Source of the DNA: Verrucomicrobiota bacterium
GTDB lineage: Bacteria > Verrucomicrobiota > Lentisphaeria > Lentisphaerales > Lentisphaeraceae
Length of the DNA stretch: 64,000 nucleotides
Assembly (NCBI GenBank): GCA_039798785.1
Contig: JBDKFG010000008.1
Span: forward strand, 1 to 64,000
Reading direction: 5' to 3'
A program made the translations under genes and the position numbers. A model generated the notes under the pieces. It searched no databases, had not been told where the DNA came from, and saw nothing but the letters and a program-made list of their open reading frames with translations. Positions within the stretch are counted from its first letter, which is position 1, and every line of letters starts with the position of its first letter. Shown here piece by piece: positions 56,258 to 64,000 of this stretch.

Positions 56258-57640
56258 ATGCACCGCCCTGCCGCCTTCGTCCTCCTCCTCTCCCCGCTCG
56301 GCCTACTCTCTTGCGCCGCGGAGTGGAGCAAGCCGGAGGCGCCGGCGCTGCCCGCCTCACTGCCGGCAAAGAGCGAGCCCCTGGCCAAATGGTGGACTCA
56401 GCTCGGCTCTCCTCAACTCGATGCCCTGGTCGAAGAGGCGATGGCCAAGAATCTGGATGTCGCGATCGCCTTGACCAAGATCGCCGAAGACGGCGGCGCC
56501 ATCGACGCCATCGTGGCGGCCAGCCTGCCTTCTCTCGATGCTGGCGGCGGCGTCACCCGCAAGCAACGTTCTGCCAATGTCAACGGCGCCGACCAGGGGC
56601 CGCCGATCAGCAACACCTGGAATGCCGCGCTGAAATTTTCCTACGAAACCGACGTTTCCGCTCTCAATCTCCGTTCTCGCAAGGCGATGGCGCATGACCT
56701 GCTCCGGGCCGACACCTATCTGGCCGCCGCCACCCGCGCCGCCCTCAGCGGCCGCGTCGTCCGCGCCGTTTTCGCCGCCGGAGCGGCGCGCAAGCAATGC
56801 GAGCAGCTTCGACTCGCCATCGCCTCCTACGATGAAAGCCTGAAGATCCGGCAGCGCCAGCTCGACATCGGCGCCGCCAGTCCTCTCGAGCTGCAGCGGA
56901 TCGAGGCGGAAGCAGCTCGCCTTCGGTCCTCTCTCCCGGCTCTCGAACAAGCCGGCGAACAGGCCCTGCATCTGCTTGCGTTCCTGCTCGGACGCGATCT
57001 CGGCGACACCCGCCTGGCTGAGCAGGTAGCGGCCATCGATTTCGAGCGCATCAGCTCGCCGCTGCCCCCCCCAGAGCTCGCCGCCGACCTGCTGCAACGC
57101 CGGCCCGACGTCCTTGCCGCCGAAGCCCAGCTCGACCTGGCCGCAAATGAGGTCAACGCAGTCCGCTCCCGCTACTATCCGAGAATTTCCCTTCTCGGCG
57201 GCATCGGCTTCGAAGCCGACCGGAGCGGCAGGCTCTTCGACTCTGATTCGAAGACCTGGAGCGGCGGCATCGGCGTGTCGCAAGCCCTGCTCGGACTTTT
57301 TGCCGTCGCCGCCGATGAAGACCGCGCCATCGCCCGGCGCGAACGCGGCGCCCTGCTCTACCGCCAAACCGCCTTCCGCGCCTGGCAGGAGGCACGCAGC
57401 AGCCTGAGCGCCTGCACCGCCGGCAGCCGCCGCGTCAGTGCCCTGCAAGAGCGCGTCGCCGCCCTCCGAGCTCAGCTTGCCAGCTTGGAGAAACGCCGCG
57501 ATCTCGGCGCCGCCGGCAGCCTCGAGGTGCGAGTCGCCGAACGCGAACTGATCGATGCCGAAATCAACCTGGTCCAGGCACGCACTGATGCCGCCATCTC
57601 CCGCAGCGAGGCCATCCTCGCCCTCGGCGGGGCTTGGTGA
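56258..57640 (+). CDS. NodT/OprM-type outer-membrane efflux lipoprotein (TolC family)
   Basis: Lipobox 'GLLSC', 'WWTQLGSPQLDALVEEAMAKNLD', 'LLQRRPDVLAAE', ends 'ALGGAW'. Confidence 0.9.
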   Translation: MHRPAAFVLLLSPLGLLSCAAEWSKPEAPALPASLPAKSEPLAKWWTQLGSPQLDALVEEAMAKNLDVAIALTKIAEDGGAIDAIVAASLPSLDAGGGVTRKQRSANVNGADQGPPISNTWNAALKFSYETDVSALNLRSRKAMAHDLLRADTYLAAATRAALSGRVVRAVFAAGAARKQCEQLRLAIASYDESLKIRQRQLDIGAASPLELQRIEAEAARLRSSLPALEQAGEQALHLLAFLLGRDLGDTRLAEQVAAIDFERISSPLPPPELAADLLQRRPDVLAAEAQLDLAANEVNAVRSRYYPRISLLGGIGFEADRSGRLFDSDSKTWSGGIGVSQALLGLFAVAADEDRAIARRERGALLYRQTAFRAWQEARSSLSACTAGSRRVSALQERVAALRAQLASLEKRRDLGAAGSLEVRVAERELIDAEINLVQARTDAAISRSEAILALGGAW

Positions 57641-57743
57641 GTTCTTTTCAAGCCATTAAAAATTCCGATATTTACCTCGGACGGATTTCCTCTTTTCTGC
57701 CGGCACTCTAGTTTAAGCTCGTCTAGAGACAATTGAGGGGAGC

Positions 57744-58346
57744 ATGGACGACACCCGCATCACTTTGCTGACTCGGCTGCGCGACCAGAGCGATGAGCGT
57801 TCATGGGAGGAATTCGCCCTCGCCTACCGCCCCTACATCCTCGCGCTGCTGCGTCGTTTCGGGATGAATTTCCACGATGCCGAGGACCTGGCGCAGGAGG
57901 TCCTGTTGAAGGCCTGGCGCAGCCTCCCCGATTACCATCATCGCGGCTCTGGATGCAAATTCCGCACCTGGCTGGGGATCATCTGCCGCAATGCCGTCCG
58001 CTCGCTGGTGCGCAGCCGTGAAGCCCGGGTGGAACGTGAAAGCCAGGAGCTGGTCGCGGCAGCTTCATGCACCGAGGCGGAGGTCGAGGCCCTGGCCGAA
58101 AAGGAATGGCGAGACTCCATCACCGCAATAGCCTGGAATCATGTCCGCTCCAGGTTTTCCGAGACGGTGCAACAATGTTTCCTGCTGTCCTCCGAAGGGC
58201 TGAGCTCTCTTGAAATCGGCACCCGCCTCGGCCTCGCCGACAGCAGCGTCCGGGTCAACAAGCAACGCGTCACCGCGGCCCTCTACAAAGAGCTCGTCCG
58301 CCTCGACAGCTACCTCGGCGATGGCCAGGGCGGGGAGTCCTCCTAG
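57744..58346 (+). CDS. ECF sigma-70 factor
   Basis: 'TRITLLTRLRDQSDERSWEEF', 'DAEDLAQEVLLK', 'KFRTWL...RN', region-4 HTH. Confidence 0.92.
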   Translation: MDDTRITLLTRLRDQSDERSWEEFALAYRPYILALLRRFGMNFHDAEDLAQEVLLKAWRSLPDYHHRGSGCKFRTWLGIICRNAVRSLVRSREARVERESQELVAAASCTEAEVEALAEKEWRDSITAIAWNHVRSRFSETVQQCFLLSSEGLSSLEIGTRLGLADSSVRVNKQRVTAALYKELVRLDSYLGDGQGGESS

Positions 58347-58512
58347 AAAACACAGCCCCTTCGTTGAAGGGTAGAGACTCGAGGCATTTGAGCCATTCTC
58401 GTCACGACTTGGAAGTGCACTGGAGCCGAAGCTTGCCAGGCCCACACTGTTTTGCTGTTAAAACTTGCTGCAGCAGCTCTACCTTTCGACCTTTCGACCG
58501 GCGGGATTAGAT
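58342..58512. mobile_element. Possible highly degenerate copy of the MITE
   Basis: Begins CCTAGAAAACACAG..GTTGAAGGG and ends CTTGCTGCAGCAGCT..CCTTTCGACCTTTCGACCGGCGGGATTAG, echoing both ends of 17140..17349. Confidence 0.4.
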
Positions 58513-58608
58513 TCCTCCGTCTCCCCTCCCCCAAGCAGCTGCTTGAAAATATTGAATTACATTATAGATTTTAATATCAATAAAGTCAATAACCTCCGGA
58601 GGCCCTCG

Positions 58609-60663
58609 ATGATCCGCAAGCTTTTTCTTTTTTTGATCCTGAGTGCCGAGTGTCTCTGGGCGGCGCCGGAATTCGACCCTTGCTGGCAGGATGGGATGGT
58701 GTTGCAGCGGGGGCAGCCGATTGAAGTGAGGGGGCGTGCCGAAGCCGGCGAGGAGCTTGAGCTCAGCCTCGGAGGGAAATCGGTGCGTTTCAAAGCTGAC
58801 GCCGCGGGGCGCTGGACCGCCAGTCTTCCGGCCTTTGCGGCGGAGGGGCAAGGGAGGGATCTGCGACTTAGGGGCGGCAGCGGCGAGGCGGTGCTGAAGG
58901 AGGTTCTGATCGGCGACGTCTGGCTTTGTTCGGGTCAAAGCAACATGCTTTTCACCATCGGCCAATGCAGCGAAGGGAAGGCGGCGCTGGCGGCGGCGGA
59001 CGCGAAGGCGCCGCTGCGGCTGATGAATTTCAAGATGAAATGGCAGACCGGTCCCGGCGCCTGGAAGTCCGGGCAGCTGCCCGTCGCGGCGACCTGGTTT
59101 GAGCCCGAGTGGTCCCGTCCTGACGCTGCTCATCTGAAGGACTTCTCGGCGGTGGCCTGGTTTTTCGGCCAGGGATTGATCGCGGCTGAACCCGGAGTGC
59201 CGCTCGGCCTGATCAACTGCAGCGTCGGCGGCAGCGCCTTGATCTCCTGGCTGCCGGAAGACTGGCTGAAACGGGATGCTCTCGGAGCCAGCGAACTAGA
59301 GCATTGGCTGGACGGCAGCGGCGGCGAGGCGAGCTGGTGCGAAGTGCGGGCAGGGCAGAATCTGAGAGCGCTGAAAAAGCCCGGCGAAGCCTTCCACCCT
59401 TACAAACCGGGGGCCCTTGATGCGGCCGGCTATGCCCGGATGGAGGGCTTCCGCCTCGCCGGAATCCTTTGGTACCAGGGTGAGAGCGATGCCGAGCAGA
59501 GCTGGAGCGTACCGGCCTATCAACGCCTCCTGCCGGAGCTGGCGGCGTCGCTGCGCCGTCGCTTCGGCGAGCAGGCCGCCTTCGTCTGCATCCAGCTTCC
59601 AGGAATGGAGCGTCGTCTCTGGCCGGAGATGCGAGCGGCCCAAGCCGCCGCCTTGAAATCCGTGCCGCGCTCGGCCCTGGTCAGCACCTGGGACACCGGC
59701 GAGCGGAGGGACGTCCATCCCAAGGCGAAACAGGAAGTCGGCAGGCGGGCCGCGATCGCGGCAATCGCCTTGGCGAAGAAAGCCGAGCCCGCAGCGCCAG
59801 AGTTGCGCTCCGAGCGCTTCGAGGGCGGCGATCTGCTGCTCGCCTTCAGCTCCCCCGTGACTGGCCCGGCCAGCCCCGCCGGCTTCGAGATCCGCGACCG
59901 GAGCGGAACCTGGAAGACCGCCGCCGCCAGCCTCGAAAACGGCGGCATCCGGCTCAAGGCCGCCGCCGCCGGCCTGGCCTGGCGCTACGCCTGGAAACCC
60001 TTCCCCGGAATCGAAGCCTTGAAAGGCGCCAGCGGCCTGCCCGTGGTCCCCTGTCGCCGCGGCGGGGAAGTCCGTCGTCTCGCCTGTATCGGCGACTCGA
60101 TCACCTATGGCATGGGAATCGAGAACCGCGATGCCGACAACTATCCCGCCCAGCTTCAACGGCTGCTTGGCGACGACTGGCTGCTTGGCAATTTCGGCAA
60201 CAGCGGCCGATGCATCATCCTCAGCTCGAAACGCGGCAGCGAATCCCGCGCCTGGATGAAGCAGAAGGAGTTCCAACGGGCGCTGGCATTCGCCCCGGAC
60301 AGCGTCGTCTGCAACCTCGGGATCAACGACGTCATGGCGTTCCAGGCCGCCGCTTTCGAAAAGGACTACTCCGCCTTGATCGACGCCTTCCGGAGGCAGG
60401 GAAAGCCGGAAATCCGCATCTGGGCCCCCCTGCCGCCGCTCTTCAAGGGCCAGAAATATTTCGGCAGCCCGGCCCTCGCCGGAATCGAGGCTTCGCTGCA
60501 GAAGCTTGCCCGCGCCTGCAAGGTGAAGACCATCGACATGAAAAGCCCCTTCGTGGAGCGGGGCGACCTCTTCCCTGACCACATCCACCCCAACGGCGAA
60601 GGCGCCAGCATCATCGCCAGAGAAGTGGCGAAAAGCCTGCAGGACGACGGCCGCGGCCACTGA
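58609..60663 (+). CDS. Secreted sialate O-acetylesterase-like (SASA) + SGNH/GDSL double esterase
   Basis: 'GDVWLCSGQSNM', 'LWYQGESDA', 'DVHPKAK'; second domain 'ACIGDSITYG...LGIND...DHIHPN'; start MIRKLF after GGAGG. Confidence 0.9.
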   Translation: MIRKLFLFLILSAECLWAAPEFDPCWQDGMVLQRGQPIEVRGRAEAGEELELSLGGKSVRFKADAAGRWTASLPAFAAEGQGRDLRLRGGSGEAVLKEVLIGDVWLCSGQSNMLFTIGQCSEGKAALAAADAKAPLRLMNFKMKWQTGPGAWKSGQLPVAATWFEPEWSRPDAAHLKDFSAVAWFFGQGLIAAEPGVPLGLINCSVGGSALISWLPEDWLKRDALGASELEHWLDGSGGEASWCEVRAGQNLRALKKPGEAFHPYKPGALDAAGYARMEGFRLAGILWYQGESDAEQSWSVPAYQRLLPELAASLRRRFGEQAAFVCIQLPGMERRLWPEMRAAQAAALKSVPRSALVSTWDTGERRDVHPKAKQEVGRRAAIAAIALAKKAEPAAPELRSERFEGGDLLLAFSSPVTGPASPAGFEIRDRSGTWKTAAASLENGGIRLKAAAAGLAWRYAWKPFPGIEALKGASGLPVVPCRRGGEVRRLACIGDSITYGMGIENRDADNYPAQLQRLLGDDWLLGNFGNSGRCIILSSKRGSESRAWMKQKEFQRALAFAPDSVVCNLGINDVMAFQAAAFEKDYSALIDAFRRQGKPEIRIWAPLPPLFKGQKYFGSPALAGIEASLQKLARACKVKTIDMKSPFVERGDLFPDHIHPNGEGASIIAREVAKSLQDDGRGH

Positions 60664-60807
60664 ATTTGTCCTTCCCCAGGCCTAGGGCTTCGCCGAGACT
60701 CCGGCTTTCCTCCGGGGCGTCGCCAAACCGCCAGGCACCGCAGCGTCCGCGAGCGGATGGCGTGAATCCTAATTCACCTCTCAGTCACTTCAAGAAGCAA
60801 GTTTTTC

Positions 60808-60837
60808 TTGACAAAGCAGAGTTTCAAGGCGTATACT
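60808..60837 (+). promoter_or_regulatory. Near-consensus sigma70 promoter
   Basis: TTGACA-N18-TATACT upstream of the response regulator. Confidence 0.7.
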
Positions 60838-60917
60838 GGGATGCAGGCAATCCTGTAATTGCTCTGCGCTGCCCGAGGTCGGGCTTACAACTGTGTTCAC
60901 TTGGAGCGGCTAGCCAT

Positions 60918-61958
60918 ATGGATACTCCCGAGCCCCCCCCCCCTCAAGCTCTCGGCCGCAGGTCGCAGATCCTGGCAGTGGATGACAATCCTGCCAATCT
61001 CAAGATCTTGTCGCGCATGCTCGAGAGCATCGGATACGAGGTCCGCTTTGCCAGCGACGGCCTGCGGGCGCTGGATTGCCTGCGTTGCGAGCGCCCCGAT
61101 TTGATTCTCATGGACATTCACATGCCCGGACTCGACGGATATGAAACCTGCCGCCGCCTCAAGGCCGATCCGCTGCGCCGTGACATCCCGGTGATTTTCT
61201 GCACCGCTCTCAACGACGACTTCAACAAAAGCCTGGCCTATTCAGTCGGGGGCATCGACTACATCACCAAGCCGTATTTCCTGGTCGAATTCGAGACGCG
61301 CCTGAAGGTGCACCTGGCGCACAGCCGGCAACAGCGCTGCCTCGAACTTCTCGGGCATGCCCTCGAGCATCAACTGGGGGGCGTCTTCCTCGCCACCGGC
61401 AGACGCTTCAGCCATGACGCGGTCCTGCAGAGCGGAGAACCCCTCCTTTCCCATCTTCTGCCGGCGGCAGAATACCTGCAGCGCCTGCCCGGCCTGCTGC
61501 AAGACCGGACTCACGAAGTGCCCGGACGCCGGATCAACCTCCTCTCGAGCCTCCGCGGAACCCAGAGTTTCTTCACTGCCGAGCTGCGGCAGCGGGGTGT
61601 TACCCTGCATCTCCATTTCGACCGCTCCCTGCCCGACGTCAGCGGCGACGAAGCCCTGTTTCTTTTCGGAGTGATCCACAACAGCCTGCTCGGGCTTGTC
61701 GAACTCGACGCCGCAGGCCGTCCCCTCAATCTCGAGCCGTACAGCCTCGGCCTGCACCATGGGGTGAAACTCCAGATCCCCGGAGGGCGAGTTCCTGCGG
61801 AAGTGCTGGACCTGATCTGTGAAGGAGCCAGCGGCAAGCTGGCGGTAGCCGGCCTTGCTCTTGCACGCGAGCTGCAGCTGCGGATGGGCGGCATCTTCGA
61901 ATTCAACGAGAATCCTGACGCCCTTGAGCTTCTGATCCTGCTGCCCGGTGTCGCATGA
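60918..61958 (+). CDS. Response regulator: REC domain plus a degenerate kinase-like C-terminus
   Basis: 'ILAVDDNPANL', 'PDLILMDIHMPGLDGYE', 'DYITKP'; the C-terminus has only remnants such as 'AGLALARELQLRMGG'. Confidence 0.85.
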   Translation: MDTPEPPPPQALGRRSQILAVDDNPANLKILSRMLESIGYEVRFASDGLRALDCLRCERPDLILMDIHMPGLDGYETCRRLKADPLRRDIPVIFCTALNDDFNKSLAYSVGGIDYITKPYFLVEFETRLKVHLAHSRQQRCLELLGHALEHQLGGVFLATGRRFSHDAVLQSGEPLLSHLLPAAEYLQRLPGLLQDRTHEVPGRRINLLSSLRGTQSFFTAELRQRGVTLHLHFDRSLPDVSGDEALFLFGVIHNSLLGLVELDAAGRPLNLEPYSLGLHHGVKLQIPGGRVPAEVLDLICEGASGKLAVAGLALARELQLRMGGIFEFNENPDALELLILLPGVA

Positions 61959-64000
61959 AGCCGTCTGAAAGGGGAGGCGGCTCTTCGCTCGCCGCCGCCG
62001 ACACGAAGCTGCTGGGCGCCGAGCTGCTCCTGGGAGCCTTGGCCTTGATTCCGGCGCTGATCTTCTGCCAGCCCCGCTGGCCGGTGCTGCTGATCGCGGC
62101 GATCTTCGGCGCCTGCCTGATTTTCCGCCGCCGCTTCCTCGGCCGCCAGGTGCTGGGCCCCTTGGACGAGCTCGCCCGGCGCCTCGACGCCCGCCTCCGG
62201 CGGGAGGACCGGGCCGAACAAGGCCAGCTGCCGGCCGAGCTGATGGCCGTCGACCGCCATTGCGCCGAGCTTTTCGCCGGCATACTCGCCCAGGAGCAGC
62301 AGGTCGCAGACGCCCATGGCCGGGCCGAGGAAGGCCAGATGCAGGCGGCGATCAAGGCCGGGGTGATGCGCGAACTGGTCAGCGGCGACTCATTCACGGA
62401 ACAGGTCCGCCGCGCCTTCCAGCGCCTCGCCCTGGCGGTCCCTTCCGGACACGAAGAGCGCTTCGCACTCTTCGTACCTCATCCCGACCTCGGCCTGGTG
62501 GCGGTGTGCGCCCCGGAGCAGCTCGATCCGGACGACGCCGCCGCCCTGCGCGAAGCGGCGCACAGCTGCCTCGACTTGCACCGCACCCTTTCAGGCTCGC
62601 GCTGGGAAGCCTTCCCGATCCACATCGCGAACGGCGAGCTGATCGGCGTCCTCTGTCACGGCGCCGGGCTCGGCCGCGAGCTCCTTCGCGACATCATCGA
62701 GATGGTCAGCCTCGCCCTCCTGGCGGAACAGCGCCGGCAGGAGTTGGAGACCGCCTGCCGGGCGGCGGAGGAGGCGACGCGGCTCAAGGCCGCCTTCCTG
62801 GCCAACATGAGCCACGAGATCCGGACGCCGATGAACGCCATCCTCGGCCATGCCCAGCTGCTCGAACGGAGCCAGTCCCTGCCCCCCGACCTGCAAAGCA
62901 GCGTCAGCTCGATCAGCCGCGCCGGCGAATGGCTGCTCCATCTGATCAACGACATTCTTGACTTGTCGAAGATCCAGGCGTCGAAGCTCCAGCTCGAACT
63001 CGCCGCCGTCAACCCCGCCAGCCTGGCCCGCGATGCCGCCGTGCTCTTCAAGCCCAGAGCGGCCGCCCAGAAGCTCAGCCTCGAGCTCGAACTGCCGCCC
63101 AGCTCGCCGCCCCTGCTCTGCGACCCCCGCCGCATTTCCCAGGTGCTGGCCAACCTCCTCAGCAATGCGGTGAAATTCACCGAGGAGGGCGGAATCAAAC
63201 TGAGGCTGAGCTCGAAGCTCGACGCCGCCGGCCTGGTCGCGGTCCGCATCGAGGTCGAAGACAGCGGCGTGGGCATCGCCGAGGCGGAGAAGGCATCCCT
63301 CTTCACCAAGTTCGAACAGGGCAGTGCCGGCCGCAGCCGGGGCGGCACCGGCCTCGGCCTGGCGATCTCCCGCGAGATCGCCAGGATGCACATGGGCGAT
63401 CTCAGCTACGAGCCCGCCCCGGGACGCGGCAGCCGGTTCATCTTTGAATTCCGGGGCAAACCCGCCCCTCCTCCGTCCGCGACTCCCGAACGCCGCCGCC
63501 GCCGCGCCATGCCGGGCAGCGGCTTCCGCATCATCGCCATCGACGACAACAGCGCCAACCTCGAGCTCCTCCAAGCGATCTGCCGCCAAGAAGGCATTCT
63601 ATTGCGCAGCTTCGACTCCGCCCGCCCCGCCCTCGAGGCGATCATCGCCGATCCACCCCAGTTGATCGTCACCGATATCGTCATGCCTGATCTCGATGGC
63701 TTCAGCTTTCTCCAGCTCCTGCGGGAACGCCTGCCGGAACACCCCCCGGTGATCGCCGCCAGCGCCTCGGTCGATGCCGACGCCATCGCGCGCATCCGAC
63801 AGGGACCTTTCGCGGGATTCCTCAACAAACCCCTCGATATAAACCTCTTTCTCCAAGCCTGCGCCGAGCACGGCCTTCCCCTCGCCGATGCCGACGAGGA
63901 GACGGCGAACACCGGCTCGCTGCAAGAGGAGATCGACAGCCTCGGCCCCGACGAACGGCGTCAGCTCGCCGCCGAGCTCGCCCGCGGCGACTTGCGGGCG
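61955..64000 (+). CDS. Hybrid sensor histidine kinase (TM, GAF-like, HisKA, HATPase, REC); continues beyond the right edge
   Basis: Absent from the ORF track (no stop). ATG 61955 overlaps the upstream stop and is in frame with 'FLANMSHEIRTPMNAILG', 'NLLSNAVKFT', 'VEDSGVGI', 'GGTGLGLAIS', 'IVTDIVMPDLDG'. Confidence 0.92.
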   Translation, partial: MKPSERGGGSSLAAADTKLLGAELLLGALALIPALIFCQPRWPVLLIAAIFGACLIFRRRFLGRQVLGPLDELARRLDARLRREDRAEQGQLPAELMAVDRHCAELFAGILAQEQQVADAHGRAEEGQMQAAIKAGVMRELVSGDSFTEQVRRAFQRLALAVPSGHEERFALFVPHPDLGLVAVCAPEQLDPDDAAALREAAHSCLDLHRTLSGSRWEAFPIHIANGELIGVLCHGAGLGRELLRDIIEMVSLALLAEQRRQELETACRAAEEATRLKAAFLANMSHEIRTPMNAILGHAQLLERSQSLPPDLQSSVSSISRAGEWLLHLINDILDLSKIQASKLQLELAAVNPASLARDAAVLFKPRAAAQKLSLELELPPSSPPLLCDPRRISQVLANLLSNAVKFTEEGGIKLRLSSKLDAAGLVAVRIEVEDSGVGIAEAEKASLFTKFEQGSAGRSRGGTGLGLAISREIARMHMGDLSYEPAPGRGSRFIFEFRGKPAPPPSATPERRRRRAMPGSGFRIIAIDDNSANLELLQAICRQEGILLRSFDSARPALEAIIADPPQLIVTDIVMPDLDGFSFLQLLRERLPEHPPVIAASASVDADAIARIRQGPFAGFLNKPLDINLFLQACAEHGLPLADADEETANTGSLQEEIDSLGPDERRQLAAELARGDLRA

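Overview
GC-rich bacterial chromosome segment, probably PVC superphylum and most likely Lentisphaerota. This is inferred from several prepilin-type/H-X(n)-DG proteins, a DUF1549/DUF1553 protein and the style of the ECF sigma factor. Core genes: ald+Lrp, DUF47+PiT, NrtR-like, leuA, leuB, mqnD, ubiX, aroC, tRNA-Tyr, hisI, grxD, pdxH, lpxI, exbB/exbD/TonB-like, nnr, rnhA, argD, argF. Two long genes run off the edges and are missing from the ORF track: a VCBS-repeat adhesin (left) and a hybrid histidine kinase (right). Most interesting accessory features: (i) a tandemly duplicated DUF4190/zinc-ribbon/pilin-like membrane-protein cluster with two intact but start-less reading frames behind an identical 101-bp leader, divergent from an RDD-SpoIIM-DUF4129-DUF4350-MoxR-DUF58 operon; (ii) two AT-rich paralogous genes with a constant C-terminus, bracketed by inverted REP-like palindromes and a BIME-like array; (iii) a pilin-like gene paired twice with a 2-TM protein resembling a periplasmic-binding lobe; (iv) a transglutaminase-like/PA14/discoidin protein paired with a Cys-less thioredoxin-like protein; (v) a ~210-bp MITE flanked by TCA/TGA triplets, one of them the leuB stop codon. 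No CRISPR array, integrase or transposase was seen. All family calls come from motif recognition by eye, not from database searches.
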